DNA from: Octopus vulgaris
Lineage: Eukaryota
Length of the DNA: 64,000 nucleotides
Direction: 5' to 3'
Assembly (NCBI GenBank): GCA_951406725.2
Contig: OX597835.1
Coordinates: forward strand, 33,418,001-33,482,000
The position numbers and the translations under genes are program-made. How positions within the stretch are numbered: position 1 is the stretch's first letter; every line of letters begins with the position of its first letter. This document shows positions 41,190 to 55,707 of this stretch, piece by piece. The notes below the pieces were generated by a model, which searched no databases, had not been told where the DNA came from, and was given only the letters and a program-made list of their open reading frames with translations.

Positions 41190-41990
41190 AGGTAAACTTA
41201 CATGGAAATGGATGCGTGGCGTTCAATCAAATAATAATATAAATAATATATATGTATATATGTACATACATGCATATATATGTATATAGATATGCATATA
41301 TGGGTATAGGACGTCAAAAAATGTAAACAACATGAAATACGAAAATAAAGTTGGGTACGTAAACAACAATAGACTCAAATGAAAAACAAGACAAGTAATA
41401 TAAAGAACGACCCTTCATCAGTTGTCGTCTGTTCTTCTACTCCTTATTTCGAGCATTGTACAACATAAGACTTTGAAGGCATTTGCTCTCGCGAACCAAA
41501 ATAAAAGTTGGGATTTGTGAAAGGTCAAAGTTGGTAACAAAAACAGGACAGTGGAGACATACAAGCAAACCAAACGAAAACAAACATGGAGGGTCGATAA
41601 ACCAAACGAGGTAACGTAGTGAACGCTGGAGAAATATTTTCTTTGACAAGAGAAAATATAGAAGAGGAGATAGATAGGAACACGCGCAGTCTGAACGACA
41701 TAACTGAAGGCAAAGAATGATGATCACATGAGAAAAAGAAAGATGGGTGATGGTCATGTGTGAGCAACGAGAAAGAGTAAATGCGGAAGAGGGAGAGAGT
41801 GAGAGAAATAGACAGACAGATAGAAAACGATGAAGGAGAGAAAGAAGAATTAGAGAAAGGGTGAGTGAGAAAACGAAAGGGGGAGAAGGAGAGAGAGCAG
41901 TAAAAGGTAGAGTCGCATCAAAAATATTATAAACTTACTTGGAAATGGATGTGTGGCGTTCAATCAAATAATAATATAAATGATATATAT
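41190..41990. mobile_element. Repeat bounded by about 60-bp direct repeats; partial paralog at 42928-43110
   Basis: aaacttac(a/t)tggaaatggatg(c/t)gtggcgttcaatcaaataataatataaat occurs at both ends. 41308-41460 recurs at 42928-43080. Possibly Penelope-type (inference). Confidence 0.55.
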
Positions 41991-41994
41991 ATGC

Positions 41995-42642
41995 ACTCCG
42001 GTGATGCAAAAAAGGGGTCAAACATTTTCTTTTTTCAATTTTCAGGAAGACACCCTCCTATTTTATTCATATTCCTAAAAAAGCATTGTATGTGAAATTT
42101 GGAGTGGAATATGAGAAAATTAGAGATTGCTACCAAGCTTTAAAAATAAATGTATATCAGTTTCTGCTAAAATAAATGTTGTTTTGCTGATATTTTTGCC
42201 GGAACCGGTTTGATATGTACCTGGTCAACCTAATCTGAAGAAAAAAACGATGACATTCTAGGCTCTTGAACGTAGTGATGTACAACGTATAGCGCTTTAC
42301 TTTTTTTTTCATGTGGAAGTGTCCCCATAGGCATATCATAACCACGTATATATTTATTTATTTTTGTTTTTCTTTTGGGAAGCAAGAATAATGTTTTCTT
42401 GTTTTTGTTTGAGAGTGACAACTTGTAACTTTTAACAATTTCAAGAAGGTATTGTTTCTGCTTTTCATCATTGGTCAATAGTTTTTTGTATTCCTTCATC
42501 AGTCGTACGCACCCTTTTGCTTGTAGAACTGCAGACTTTGCACAAAATCTGAACGGGGTGGGGCCTATAAGCGTATGGATGCCAGATACCACGATCTGAT
42601 GTATATAGCTGCTGAAAAGGAATAAACATCTCTCAGTCCCCC

Positions 42643-42712
<70 letters not shown>

Positions 42713-42900
42713 GTTTAAACTGAAATTTAAGCATCAACATTTTAATGCAGTAAATTAGCTTGGTCATCCATCGTGCTCTGTGATAAATTCCGAGTGCTAT
42801 AAAGCTGATTCCTGACTTAGGGGTACTACTGAGGAAAATTAGCATTAGCTCGAGCAACTCCTTGTAGTCATCACGAGGCGGCTGTTCAGCAAGCTGAGCT
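41995..42900 (-). mobile_element. hAT-superfamily (hATm-like) transposase relic
   Basis: PRDDYKELLEL...YHRARWMTKLIYCIK and KEYKKLLTNDEKQKQYLLEIV, interrupted by (GA)n. Subfamily assigned from memory of the motifs. Confidence 0.65.
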
Positions 42901-43354
42901 TCAGTGATGTGAATGATTTCTAAAGCAGGACGTAAAAAACGTAAACAACATGAAATACGAAAATAAAGTTGGGTGTGCAAGCAACGAGAGAAATAAATGG
43001 AAAACAAGACAAGTAACATAAAAAACAACTCTTCATCACTTGTCGGCTGTCCTTCTACTCCTTATTTCGAGCATTGAACGACTTCATGTTTACGTTTTGT
43101 GACGTCCTATATATGTATATCTATAAACATATATATGTATATACATATATGTATGTATATATGCATATATAAATATATTATTTATATACATATGTATATA
43201 TATATATACATACATACATACATATATGTATGTATATATATATATGTTTATATATATATGCGTGTCTAATATGTGCATCCTTACATAGACATCATAGACA
43301 TACACTCACACACAAACACACATACTATATATATATGTGTATGTGTTTGTATGC

Positions 43355-43496
<142 letters not shown>

Positions 43497-43964
43497 ATAC
43501 ACTCACGTACAAGTAAATATGTATGTATTTGGGGTATGAAGTATTATTCGCAGAGAATAACAAATGTGTATCGATATATCGATACATGTTACACAGAATA
43601 TTATACATTTAAGACGACCATAGCTATTGGATTCATCCACCCCATTGGTTCACCCAACTCAATCACCCTATTAGAATGATTAATGTTGTATGTAATTTCG
43701 AAAATTTGTTTTTTCTACTTCGATATTCTTTATTCAATCCCATCATCGTTTTCTTCCAGTTTCTGTACAAATCTTATTCAATTATACATTTTTCTTTGAA
43801 CATATAACCAAATATTTGATAAATTTCATGTTGTATATGTGTATGTTTGTGTGTGTGTGTGTGTGTGTGCGTCGCATGTGTGTGTGTCGCATGTGTGTGT
43901 ATATATATATATGTATGGATCTACTAAATATATACATATATATATATATGTGTGTATGCGTGTG

Positions 43965-43996
<32 letters not shown>

Positions 43997-44608
43997 CAAT
44001 AACATATGTGAACAAGCTTAGTTTGTTTATGGAAGCGTCGAATGTGTATCGTATCATACAGCCAAGAAAGCCTCTATTATATATATATATATATATATAT
44101 ACATACATACATACATACATACATACACACATATACACACACACACGCACACACACACACAAATACACACACACATACACGCACACACACACATATCTAT
44201 ATAAATTCACTTTGCTGCGTTCATCACTCGAAATATTTTTTTAAAATTCTGTAGATGGTGCTGCCGTCATTGATTCTTATCGGAATAACTAAACACGAAG
44301 AATAAACATTCCTTTCTACTCTAAATGTAATTAGTATGCTAATAATAGCTAAATATCATGTAGAAATACAGTCCTTCACATTTACTAACAATAAATGGAA
44401 GTACTTCTATTCTACATTGCTACTACAATATTTTTTGTTCATCTGAGAATTGATCGTGCGTGCCTTAGGAATTTTCCCACTTCTTTTCTTATTTACCCTT
44501 ACGTGAATCAATCTCAGGGTTCATACTAAATATTCTTAGTTAATATTTTCCCTCTAGAATTGACTACATGTTGGTTAGTACTACGGGGCACATCATAATT
44601 GTCCTACA

Positions 44609-45236
44609 TATGAGGGCAAGTCAAAACTTATCTTCACTTTCGCCATAACTGTCTTTATTAATGTCCAACTGCCTTCTGCGCATGCATGCTTATAGTTTAT
44701 ACTCTTGTGGCCGCGTTATCGAAGTTTAAAACTGATCGCGTCATTTTTTTTTTAATTTTTTGCTTTACAGTGTAAGCATGGCTCTCCACTAGCAATGTGC
44801 ACCAAAGAAAAGCAAAGAACAATGATCCGATCAACAGTGTAACGTATAGTGCTTTGCTGGCCAACAAACCTAAGCCAGCAAGTCACACCATACGCCGAGT
44901 CCTATTGTCGAAGAGTGTTTTGTTGTTGGATGATAAATGGGTTTAGATCTGCTGGAATACCCTGCCTAAAGCCCAGAGTTCGCCCTTTCGGACAGTCATA
45001 GCTTTGGACCGCTCAGAGATGGTTTACGAGGTCGTCGAAAGAAAGAGTCCATACACGGTTGCACGACCAACCGAAACCCTTATTAGAGGGAATACACAAG
45101 CTTGTGCACCGCTGGATCAAGTGCATCGAAGAGGAAGGAGACAATATAGAAAAATTACGTACTTGCTTAACCCCTGATTTTGTGTAATTACATTGAATAA
45201 AACAAGTGTGCGTATAATTTTTGATTTTCCGTCGTA
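44609..45236 (+). mobile_element. Internally deleted mariner element
   Basis: TIRs tatgagggcaagtcaaaacttatc / tataatttttgattttccgtcgta. YPA*SPEFALSD..FGPL remnant. Confidence 0.8.
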
Positions 45237-45846
45237 CATCAGATACAGAGTTTCTATTGTATCAAACGCACTAATCTCGGTCGAACATGAATGGTTATTT
45301 GGGACTTTTACCTTTCTTTAGTGAATATGACTCTGTAGATAGACAAAATTTTATACTTTCTGTTATCCTAGTTTCGATTCCAACTTAACACATCTGCACT
45401 TAACTGGAAAACTTTTTTTTTAAAGCATTAACACCATCAAAGCAAAAACCACTTTAAATTTGTGGCTGTGATATTTGAAACTTGTCCTTTTTCGAACCTG
45501 TAAATATATACGATGTAGGAAAATGTTTCAGAAAGTTTTTAAAGGCATTTTGGTAACACAGTTCAAATGTAATTGGAAACCTTTCCACCATTTTCTCTAT
45601 TGAAGACAATACTACCGTCCACTATACGTGGGAGGGCCGTAGGGTAGAGTCCGCACGCTTTTATCAGATACGGCAATCATTAAACATTCGTGATGGATTC
45701 CCAAGTGTAACTACCTGAGTTCATGGATATTATCAAACCATCTTGCTCGTGGTCTATCATAGAGCCTTCTGATAGTTGGCTCGGCTTAAAGAATTGGTGG
45801 AATTAATATTGATAATGTAAAATTTGAATAAATCGAATATGTACCT

Positions 45847-46078
45847 ATTTTTTACTACCCACAAGGGACTAAGCACAGAGGCGACAAACAAGGACAGACA
45901 AACGGATTAAGACGATTATATCGACCCCAGTGCGTAACTGGTACTTATTTAATCGACCCCTAAAGGATGAAAGGCAAAGTCGACCTCGGCGGAATTTGAG
46001 CTCAGAACGTAACGGCAAATGAAATACGGCTACGCATTTCGCCAGGCGTGCTAACGTTTCTGCCAGCTCGCCGCCTTA
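45847..46078 (-). mobile_element. Full SINE family B with 15-bp TSD
   Basis: TSD atcgaatatgtacct at 45832-45846 and 46083-46097. Tx1-like tail. Confidence 0.93.
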
Positions 46079-47165
46079 TTAGATCGAATATGTACCTTTA
46101 ATCTATTAAAACTGTAGAAACAAGAAAACAAAAATTTTATTAAGTTAGGCGTAAAACATTATCTGCACCACAATCACGTGATTCAGCCAAGCTTTATATT
46201 CTTTATCGCCCATGTTTTCCTTACAAACACTGATCTGTAAATTTTCATCGGATCCATTAATGTCAGGTGTCTGTGTTATCCCACAATAGTGATTGGTGAT
46301 GGACACAATGTTATTATTACTTGTTCAAAACAAATTAGATTCTTCTGATATTCCTGAAGTCTTGCTTAGAGCATCATGTATGATAAAAGAGACATTAATT
46401 TTGATTTTGAAAGGTCCAGGTTCGTGAGAGACGTGTGTTATTACCAGTGACGTTACACTACATTCATTAGAGAATACGAAACATTAACACAATGCTTGAT
46501 AAGACTGTCTCTCATCAATAAAGATTATGAAGGATATTTCAACGTTTAAATATTTCAATATTCGCTTTTGACTGGTGGCAGATTATTCGAAGATAGACAC
46601 ACAGAGAGGGAGAGAGAGAGAGAAGGAGCGAGACAGACAGATGGAGACAGACAGACAGACAGGGGCAGAGAGAGAGAGAGAAAGTGGGAGGGAGAGAAAG
46701 CGGGAGAGACAGTGAGAGCGTAATACTCTGAGAGAGAAGTAATGTATGTCAAATAATATTCATCACAAGATTGTATTTACGAATTTAAATTCATCAATTT
46801 ATGTCAATTCATATTAATGAGAATATCGAGAATTCTACCATTCAAGTTTGATGTGTTATGGTTGTGTGTTGATGTTGTTGTTGTGATGCTTTAATCCCAA
46901 GTTAACTCTGATTAAGTCAGCCAGTTATAAAAGACAACTAAGCCATCATCATTCCGATATTTCAAATGCATTACGTGTCTTAAACAACATTGTACAATGT
47001 GCCCTTTCTTTTTTGGTAGAATAAGATGTAACTTCTTGAGGATTTGGTTGATTTTTCTAGCAACTCAAGTGACGTTATAGTGAATCCCTTTACATTCACT
47101 CAAAAAAAAATCATTTCTTTTCTTTTCTTTCTTTAATTTTTTGTCTGAGAATTCATGTCAAATAT

Positions 47166-47480
47166 TATTGGGTGGTCAGATAAATTTATTCATTTTTATT
47201 TCCACTTATTTTAATCTTTGTTTTTCATCAACAGTTTTGACAAATGAAATCAATAATATATTCTCCATTGTTCACATCTTGCCAACGTTCCACCAGCTTG
47301 TCAATGCCTTCACGACAGAAATAACCGGTCCTTGACTCGAAGAATTCATTGAACCAGTTTTCAGCACCACGACGTCGATAAACGAAATGCCTCACAGACT
47401 GCTGGAAAGTAACCGAAAGAGATGGTAATTTGAAAGCGCTGCATCGGGAGAATACGGTGCGTAGCACATAACTGATTTCT
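47166..47480 (-). mobile_element. Mariner 3' fragment
   Basis: NWFNEFFES...EGIDKLVERWQDVNNGEYI and TIR-like tattgggtggtcagataa. Confidence 0.8.
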
Positions 47481-48644
47481 CTAAAATATATCCAATCACA
47501 GTTGATCTTAGACTCTAAATATTTTATTTGTTGTCACCATTATTGTTCTGGCTACCTGGTTAATGTTAGATATCAGAAATATATATTTCTTTTAAAATCC
47601 AGTATACACAACTGAGAAAAGTATTTAAAATAAAAACAGAAATCTATATATCATATTTTATGTATACAAATTGTCGATTTGCCAGTTACTAGAGTAGTTA
47701 TCCTGAGATAACATCTCTGAGAGACTTGCGTTTTGTTTAAAACACAATAAATACCCCAGTGAGAGAGAGGGGTGGATTTGTCGGGATAAATATTGCTGTA
47801 TTTTATCTCGCTCTGATATTTATAGTGTTTTTAAAACGTCAACTCTAACACAGCTCTACCCACGCGGCTTCATTGTACCGGTGGTGCCAACGCGGCTTGA
47901 ATCTCGCGCTCCGCTGTCAACCTCTGACAGGGACCAAACCAGAGACGATGAAGGGACTGCGGAAGAAGCAGTACGCCTATCGTGACCATTACATTACCAA
48001 CGATTCCCAACAACTAATAACGGGCGTGCGGACGAAGTCGTGGTATTTCAAAAACCATCATATATTTCCACTAAGAATAGAATCTTATGAGAAACACTAC
48101 AGAAACTGTCATATCGAGAGTGTACATACTTTAAGTATAATACATAGATGGCTAATACTTTCTAATGTTTCTATTGTTTAAAACACATTTAGCTTTGTTC
48201 CTACTTCTTAGTTTTATATGTTCTTCCTCGATTCCTTTCACTTCAAAATTTCTACCAATTTATAACAGCAAATTTTTCTCCGACACTCGTTCTACCTCGC
48301 CCTCTTTCACTCTCTTCTTTTTCTCTCTCTCTCTCTTCCTTTCTTTCTTCCACTCTCACTCACTCTCCCTTTCTCTCTCTCTCACACTCTTTCCCTCCCT
48401 CATTGTCTCAATATGTGTATGCATGTAAGCACATGTCTGTGCAAATTTGCTCGTGACATTGATGTAACTAAAACTAACACATCACCATCATCATCATCAT
48501 CGTCATCCCCATTGCCACAACCGCCATCAACGATAATATAATCATGGTAATCATCATTACCACCACCACCATCACCACCACCACCATCATCATCATCATC
48601 ATTATCATCATCATTATCATCATCGTCATCACCACCACCACAAC

Positions 48645-48677
<33 letters not shown>

Positions 48678-49171
48678 TACCATTGCCCTCGACCTCATAA
48701 TCATCGCTAACAACAATACCATAATTGCAACAACAACAACAACACCAACAACATTATCGAGAATATCAACACCAATAACTCATTATTTCTGTTTGGATAG
48801 GATATATTGTGGAACCGGATTTAAAAACCATTATTTATTCTTTTGTTCCATCTTCAAATACAATAACCAGGAATTTATTTATTTCCTAACAACACTAGAA
48901 ACAATTCTTTGATGCATTCCTGCTAACAAGACAGGATATTCTCTTGTCATTTTATGCTTTCAAAATAAATGGCAAATGGAACCGGCTCTTGTCACGTTAT
49001 TCTCAGTTCGACTGCGAAGTCAACGTGAAGAAACAATATAGGGTTTTGTTTTTTCCTTTTTCCATTATTTTAGAAATCTTGAAAGAGTATAAAAGACTGT
49101 AAATGAACGAAAAATTGAGAAAATTGAAAATAAGTGGAATAAGTAAAAAAAAGAAATAGTATATATATATA

Positions 49172-49340
49172 GAGGCGCAGGCGTGACTGTACGGTAAGAA
49201 GTTTGCTTCACAACCACATGGTTCCTGGTTCAGTTCCACTACGTGCGTAGCACCTTGCACAATTATCTTCTACAGTTTAGGGCCGACCCAAAACATTGTC
49301 AATCGATCGAAGCGACGGAAACTGAAAGAACACCATCGTA
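49172..49340 (+). mobile_element. SINE family A head
   Basis: gcgcaggcgtgactgtacggtaagaagtttgc...ggttcagttccact...gacggaaactgaaagaa. Confidence 0.8.
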
Positions 49341-49353
49341 ATATATATATATG

Positions 49354-49404
<51 letters not shown>

Positions 49405-49443
49405 ATATGTATATATATATATATATATATACACATATATATA

Positions 49444-49482
<39 letters not shown>

Positions 49483-49485
<3 letters not shown>

Positions 49486-50039
49486 AAACTAACCACAGAG
49501 CTTGAGACAATCCAAAGACATTTCACCAAGAGGATTTCCACCATGAAAGAAAAGAACTATTGGGAGAGGCTTAGGGAACTCAATTTGTACTCCTTGGAAC
49601 GAAGACGAGAGAGATATGCAGTGATATACATATGGAAAATCCTGGAGGGACTAGCACCAAATTTTGGAATTGAGAGCTGTTCAAATCCCCGTACAGGACG
49701 TCACTGTGTGGTGCCAAAGGTCCCGTCTTCCACATCCAGGGTAAGGAGCAGATACTGTAATAGCCTGGGGTTCAGGGGCCCTCAGCTTTTCAACAAACTG
49801 CCAAGAAAACTAAGAGATCTACATGATGCGGATGTGGACATTTTCAAAAAACATCTAGACAAGCTGCTTTCCGGGATCCCAGATGAACCCACTGCAAGGT
49901 ACGAAGGTAACCTAAGGGCAGCAGCTACAAACTCTCTCTTAGATCAGTGGCCAGCCACGGCAAACTGGACTTAGAGAGGGTAGCAACAAGGGCGGTGCCC
50001 CAGCATGGCCTCAGCCGGATGGCTGAAACAAGTAAAAGA

Positions 50040-50040
<1 letters not shown>
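49483..50040 (+). mobile_element. CR1-group LINE 3' end, uninterrupted frame
   Basis: [39 protein letters not shown] and FKKHLDKLL..IPDEP. Stop at 49974, then a short 3' UTR. Confidence 0.9.
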
Positions 50041-50099
<59 letters not shown>

Positions 50100-50104
50100 T
50101 GTAT

Positions 50105-50365
50105 TGTGGTTAGAGTAGTGCTCTCGCGAGGGATCGCGTGTTCGAACCTCAGACCAGGTGATGTGTGTGCTTATAAGCGAAACATCTAAGCTCCAAGCAG
50201 CTCTGGTAGAAGGTAATGCCGAACTTCTGCTGACTCTTTTTCCCCAATTTTCTCTCACTCTTTTCTCCTGCGACGGACCGGCATCTCGCCCAGGTGGGGA
50301 ACCTATACGACAATAGAAACTGGAAAACTGGCCCTTATGGGCCAAACATGGCTCCAGAAGGAACA
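50105..50365 (+). mobile_element. SINE, paralog of 36062-36340
   Basis: gttcgaacc B box, agcgaaacatctaagctcca and tagaaactggaaaactggccc. Confidence 0.75.
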
Positions 50366-50369
50366 AACA

Positions 50370-50476
<107 letters not shown>

Positions 50477-50509
50477 ATGTATGTATGTAAGTATGTATAT
50501 ATATATATG

Positions 50510-51015
50510 CATGGTCGGGTCGTCGGCGACTAAACCGGCAACCCCACCAAGCTTGCTTGTTGAGGAGGGTGTTTATTGGACACCCTGCAGGATGAAAAAC
50601 AAAACCCGTCAAAGGGCAGAGGAACTCTTGAGAGTCAACGGCCATCCAATAAATGTCTTAAGGCTGTATCATGCGCGGGGACATAGAAATAATCGGACTG
50701 AATACCCGATCGCGCGGTTAAACCATTGGGAGTGAAGCACTCCTAGCCGTTGTTAGGGTAACCTTCTAGGAGAAGGTAACTCAGGTAACTGGGATAACTA
50801 CGACATAAAGCCTGCGGCTCAGTGGTTACCGATGATGTTGACTTGTTCTTCTTTTCGGATTATGGCTGCTGTTGCTTAGTGAGTGGGATTGACTCAGTGC
50901 ACAGCCTTTCCTCACTTTCAAAAAAATCTTCTTGCACAGGCATTGCACGATAACAACATTGATTAAGCTTTGTGCAATAGTCATACTCGATAACGAGGGT
51001 TGCAGTCGCCATGTA
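50510..51015 (+). mobile_element. GC-richer interspersed repeat resembling an RTE-type 5' region
   Basis: gggtaaccttctaggagaaggtaactc and gactcagtgcacagcctttcctcac blocks, flanked by microsatellite. No ORF recognised. Confidence 0.35.
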
Positions 51016-51739
51016 TGTATATATAGAATGTAAACAAATGACAAGGATGTCCAGGTATCAATACATTTCAAACAATGTTTATCGTCACATCAATATGGCT
51101 GTTTGACGTTACTTCAGTTTTAACCCTAGGCAGACCTTCTGCTTGCTGGTTACCGGTGCAACTTGCATAATACAGATATTGCAACCATGGGGGCGAACGC
51201 CTACCATATTCTATCGGAGCAGACAGCGGGATTACGAGACATGATGTTTCCGGGGTACTTGTGCCCATCTCCACTGATGTACACCGGACCAAGAGAAATA
51301 GCAGACATTGGCTTCAGCTCGCAGTATATAGAAAAATAAGCGACTATCAGTGATTGATCTTGGCACAAGCTAGTTAGATAACAGTACCGATTAGTATAGT
51401 TACTACTTTCATCTTTTAGTGAGATCTTCTAACTAGCTACTTCGCTTGTTATATATATGTGTATGTGTGTGTATGTGTGTGTGTGCTTGTGTGCTAGTGT
51501 GTGTGTGTATGAATGTGTGTGTCTTTCTCTCATTTTTGTCATCTACCAACGCAGACAACCGGTGTTGGTGTATTTACGTACAGTAAAAAAAAATAAGCAC
51601 AGGGGTAAATTCGTTCAACTAAGATTCCTGGTGGTGCTCCAGCATGGCTGCAGTTTAATGACTAAAACTAAAAGAATAAAAGAATAAAAGGATATATATA
51701 TATATATATACTCAAAATAGCAACAAGAATGACTCCGGT

Positions 51740-51830
51740 AATTTGGTACGATCCTTTCCTACTACATCATTTTATTAATTGTTGTAAGTATTACAACAGT
51801 TTTAAAATGCTGAGCAATCATCAGCCAATT
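51740..51830 (-). ncRNA. Type I hammerhead ribozyme motif with extended stem II
   Basis: Minus strand: aattgg-CTGATGA-ttgct..tgttgtaa tac ttacaaca..agtag-GAAA-ggatcg-TA-ccaaatt. Stem I is ttgg/ccaa; paralogs have the palindrome cgatcg. Confidence 0.72.
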
Positions 51831-52114
51831 ATAGAGGTTTTCCATTAATACAAAATTTTTCATATCAAGTGGCAACATTATAGAGAAGGTAGATACATAG
51901 ACAAAGATGTGGATTTAAATTTTAAGAACATTTGAGGTAGTGGAGCCCATCAACTGACTGACTAAGATTCAGTTGTTCCTGGAACAACTGTGTTAGGCGA
52001 TGGTAAAGAGTGAGGAGGTAGGATTATTTGTAGTCCGGCATGGTGGATATATACACACACACTCACACCACCCACCCACACCCACATACATACATACATA
52101 CATACATACATACA

Positions 52115-52148
<34 letters not shown>

Positions 52149-52149
52149 C

Positions 52150-52181
<32 letters not shown>

Positions 52182-52229
52182 CACCTATTTTGCTGATCTA
52201 AATTCAGTGACAATAAAAACTTGTGGTGG

Positions 52230-52650
52230 ACAACAGGTACAAATAGGGAGCGAAGACTAACCTCACGTAGGCTTAATTTAAGGAGGCGATTAAAACGTTC
52301 GAATGTAGCAAGACCGCCGGAGAGGCCTTAAGACAAGAAGGTATTTTCTAACCATTCTTTATTATGCCAATTGATTCATGCATCTGGAAACAATCAAAGC
52401 AATGGCAATCCAGAGTTATAAGCCCAGTTTTTAAAACGGGAGAAAAGAGTAAGCGTACTGATCACAGATAAATATCCTTGTTGAGCCTTCTCTCTAAAGT
52501 CTACGCGAGTGTTCTGGAAACTTGCAGTAGGGATATTGTTAGTTTCTTTCATCCTGAACACAGCGCAACCGACCAGATATTCGCTCAACAGCAGGGTTTC
52601 AAGAAATTGTAGGAATATTGCCAAGAAATCTATGCTTATAGTTTCCCAGG
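52230..52650 (+). mobile_element. RTE-like LINE reverse-transcriptase fragment
   Basis: WQSRVISPVFKTGEK..HR*ISLLSLLSKVYASVLE...SATDQIF..EY. Confidence 0.78.
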
Positions 52651-52958
52651 TAATGACTCCGTCAACCTCGTGTGCTTCATGGGTCTTGATTTAGACACAG
52701 AGAAAGCAGTTTCGATCGGAAACGGTTTTGGACTGACAACATTGACAATTGGGCCGAGGCGGGAATGGCAGTGTATTTTATTCACACGTGATTGTGATTA
52801 AATACACAAATCAACTTCGGGAGCATTTGAACGCAACAAATACTACCATGTGCGTATTAAAGCATAGGTATGAGTCAGATAAGGATGGGTAGATAGATAG
52901 ATAGATAGATATATCTATAGCTATACATAGATATATATGTAGGCATGCAAACATAAAC

Positions 52959-52999
<41 letters not shown>

Positions 53000-53227
53000 T
53001 GCATATATATTCAAAAAAGCTATGTATGTTTTGTGTGTGGTTATATGCATGAATGCATATATATGTATATGTATTTGTATGTGTGCCTGTGTGTGAGTGT
53101 GTATACATGTTTATATGTATGTGTGTTTACTTATGTGGGTAGGTATTATAAATAGGTGTATATATATTAATAAAAACACGTATATGTATATGCATGTATG
53201 CTTACGTATATATGTGTGCGTGTGCGC

Positions 53228-53305
<78 letters not shown>

Positions 53306-53429
53306 ATATATATATATAGTATATATATATTTGTACGAATGTATATATATATATATATATGGTATATAGTTATATAATAGGTATACACCAACATATATAG
53401 GTCTATACATAATGCATATTCTTACATAT

Positions 53430-53461
<32 letters not shown>

Positions 53462-53462
53462 G

Positions 53463-53506
<44 letters not shown>

Positions 53507-53958
53507 AACATACGGACATAAGTATGTATATGCATACACACAGACATATATACAAACATATATGTACGTGTATATACCTTTGTATATATATAAATATTTA
53601 TATATATGTATGTGTATGTATATATGTATGTGTATATATGTATATATGTACATATACACACACATACAACAGATCTTTGTGTTTTGGCTAGCGATAGAGA
53701 TTACTAACAGAGATACAGTAATATAGGTGTATGGTGTAGGTATGTGTGGATGTCTGGCTGTATTTGTCTTACAAAGTTTCCTTGGAAGTGTCGACACACA
53801 GCTAAAAGTCTATCAACTTCTGTACTGCTTGATTTATCAAAGCTGTTAATGTAAGTCTTTAGTTATTCAATATAAGTTAGTTTAGATGGTTGGTCTAACA
53901 GTAAATATTGAATGTGTCCAACATTATACGAATCTGTTCATAACATTTACAATATCAA

Positions 53959-53995
<37 letters not shown>

Positions 53996-54245
53996 ACTAC
54001 TCACGCATACACAGAGATACATGACAAACACATACACTCACACACACACGCGTGTTTCTTCATGTATGTCTTTTTATAAATACATATGTGCACATTTCAA
54101 TATGGATTGGCGAATAGATACTAACACAAACATACATACGCACATATATACACTATATATACATATGTATATCTATATATGTATATACATACATATATAT
54201 ATAAATGTATACATATAATTTAATAGAGATAGGTACGTACATATG

Positions 54246-54299
<54 letters not shown>

Positions 54300-54358
54300 G
54301 AGTTGTGAATAATCAACCTTATGAAAACTCTCATTCAGTATATATTTATGTATATATA

Positions 54359-54478
<120 letters not shown>

Positions 54479-54746
54479 GTTCATAAACGAATGTGTTTAT
54501 ACAAATAGATAGATTCATGCATACGTGGGCTTAGCTACGAATATTTATTTATATACATATACGCGTGTGTGTATGTATATATAGAGAGACAGAGAAATTT
54601 GTGTGTGTGTTTGTGTGTGCGTGCGTGAGTATGTGGTGCGTGTGTCTGTTTGTAGGCATACGTATAAATAAATGAACACAGATATATATAATTAATAGTA
54701 AAGTAAAATATGTTTGTATGTATGTGTACGTATATATATTTATATT

Positions 54747-54797
<51 letters not shown>

Positions 54798-55407
54798 ATA
54801 TATATATATAGAGAGAGAGAGATGTAACTGAATGCCTTTTGTTTGTAAATGTATAGTTTCATGTGTTTATATGTTTCCATAGTTTAATGTATGCCTCAAA
54901 CGCTTTATTTGCTTTGTCTGGATAACTTCTTCTTCTCCCTCGTCCTTTCGTTCGGTTTGTATTTTTGATCACCTTACATCTATCTTAGTTTTTTTCTTCA
55001 TCAATGATATCGTCCAACAGCGCAGACACCATCGCTGTCTCCACCGCCAACAACAACAACACCAACATCTACTCAGCCACCTCTACCACCATCACCGACA
55101 TCCCTACCATTCACCATTACCGTTGTGAGGTTTTGTTCTGCTGTCTCCGTCTATCATCTTTGTTCTGTCATCTGGCTGGATAGTTAAAAGTCATCGACGT
55201 CTACTTTTAGAAATATCCTTGAATCGTTGGTTTTGTTATGAATTGATGCCGTCTGAAACGAACCGTGAAAATAAAACAAGATATCCGTTTGTCAAAGACA
55301 AAAGGTTTCATACACTAGCATAGAGTAACATTTTCAAAGTTGTAATTGTAGATGAAGAAGAGTAACAAAAATCCTTTTATCGTCTAACTTCTCTCCATTC
55401 TTTGAAC

Positions 55408-55475
55408 AAGCGCTCTCCAACCTGTTTGCACAGGAGACCCGTTTTATGCAACAAAATTTTGCCACGGACCGGGAT
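55408..55475 (+). mobile_element. hAT/Charlie-like MITE fragment
   Basis: ctccaacctgtttgcacaggagacccgtttt...aattttgccacggacc resembles MER1-like termini. Confidence 0.4.
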
Positions 55476-55575
55476 ATCAGGCGCATAACAAAACTCAATA
55501 AATTTGTAATATATAATATATAATGTAATATCATATATAATAAAATACAATATATATACATATATATATATATAG

Positions 55576-55707
<132 letters not shown>

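Noticed and set aside
41400-43085. Permuted GAAA...CTGATGA motifs on the minus strand (41405-41460, 43025-43080; similar at 21600-21650)
   Set aside because: Stem II can pair, but no credible stems I and III could be drawn, so they are not called ribozymes.
50700-50800. HDV-like ribozyme in the RTE-like repeat
   Set aside because: Only simple hairpins (ctcctag/ctaggag) were seen; the double pseudoknot could not be built.
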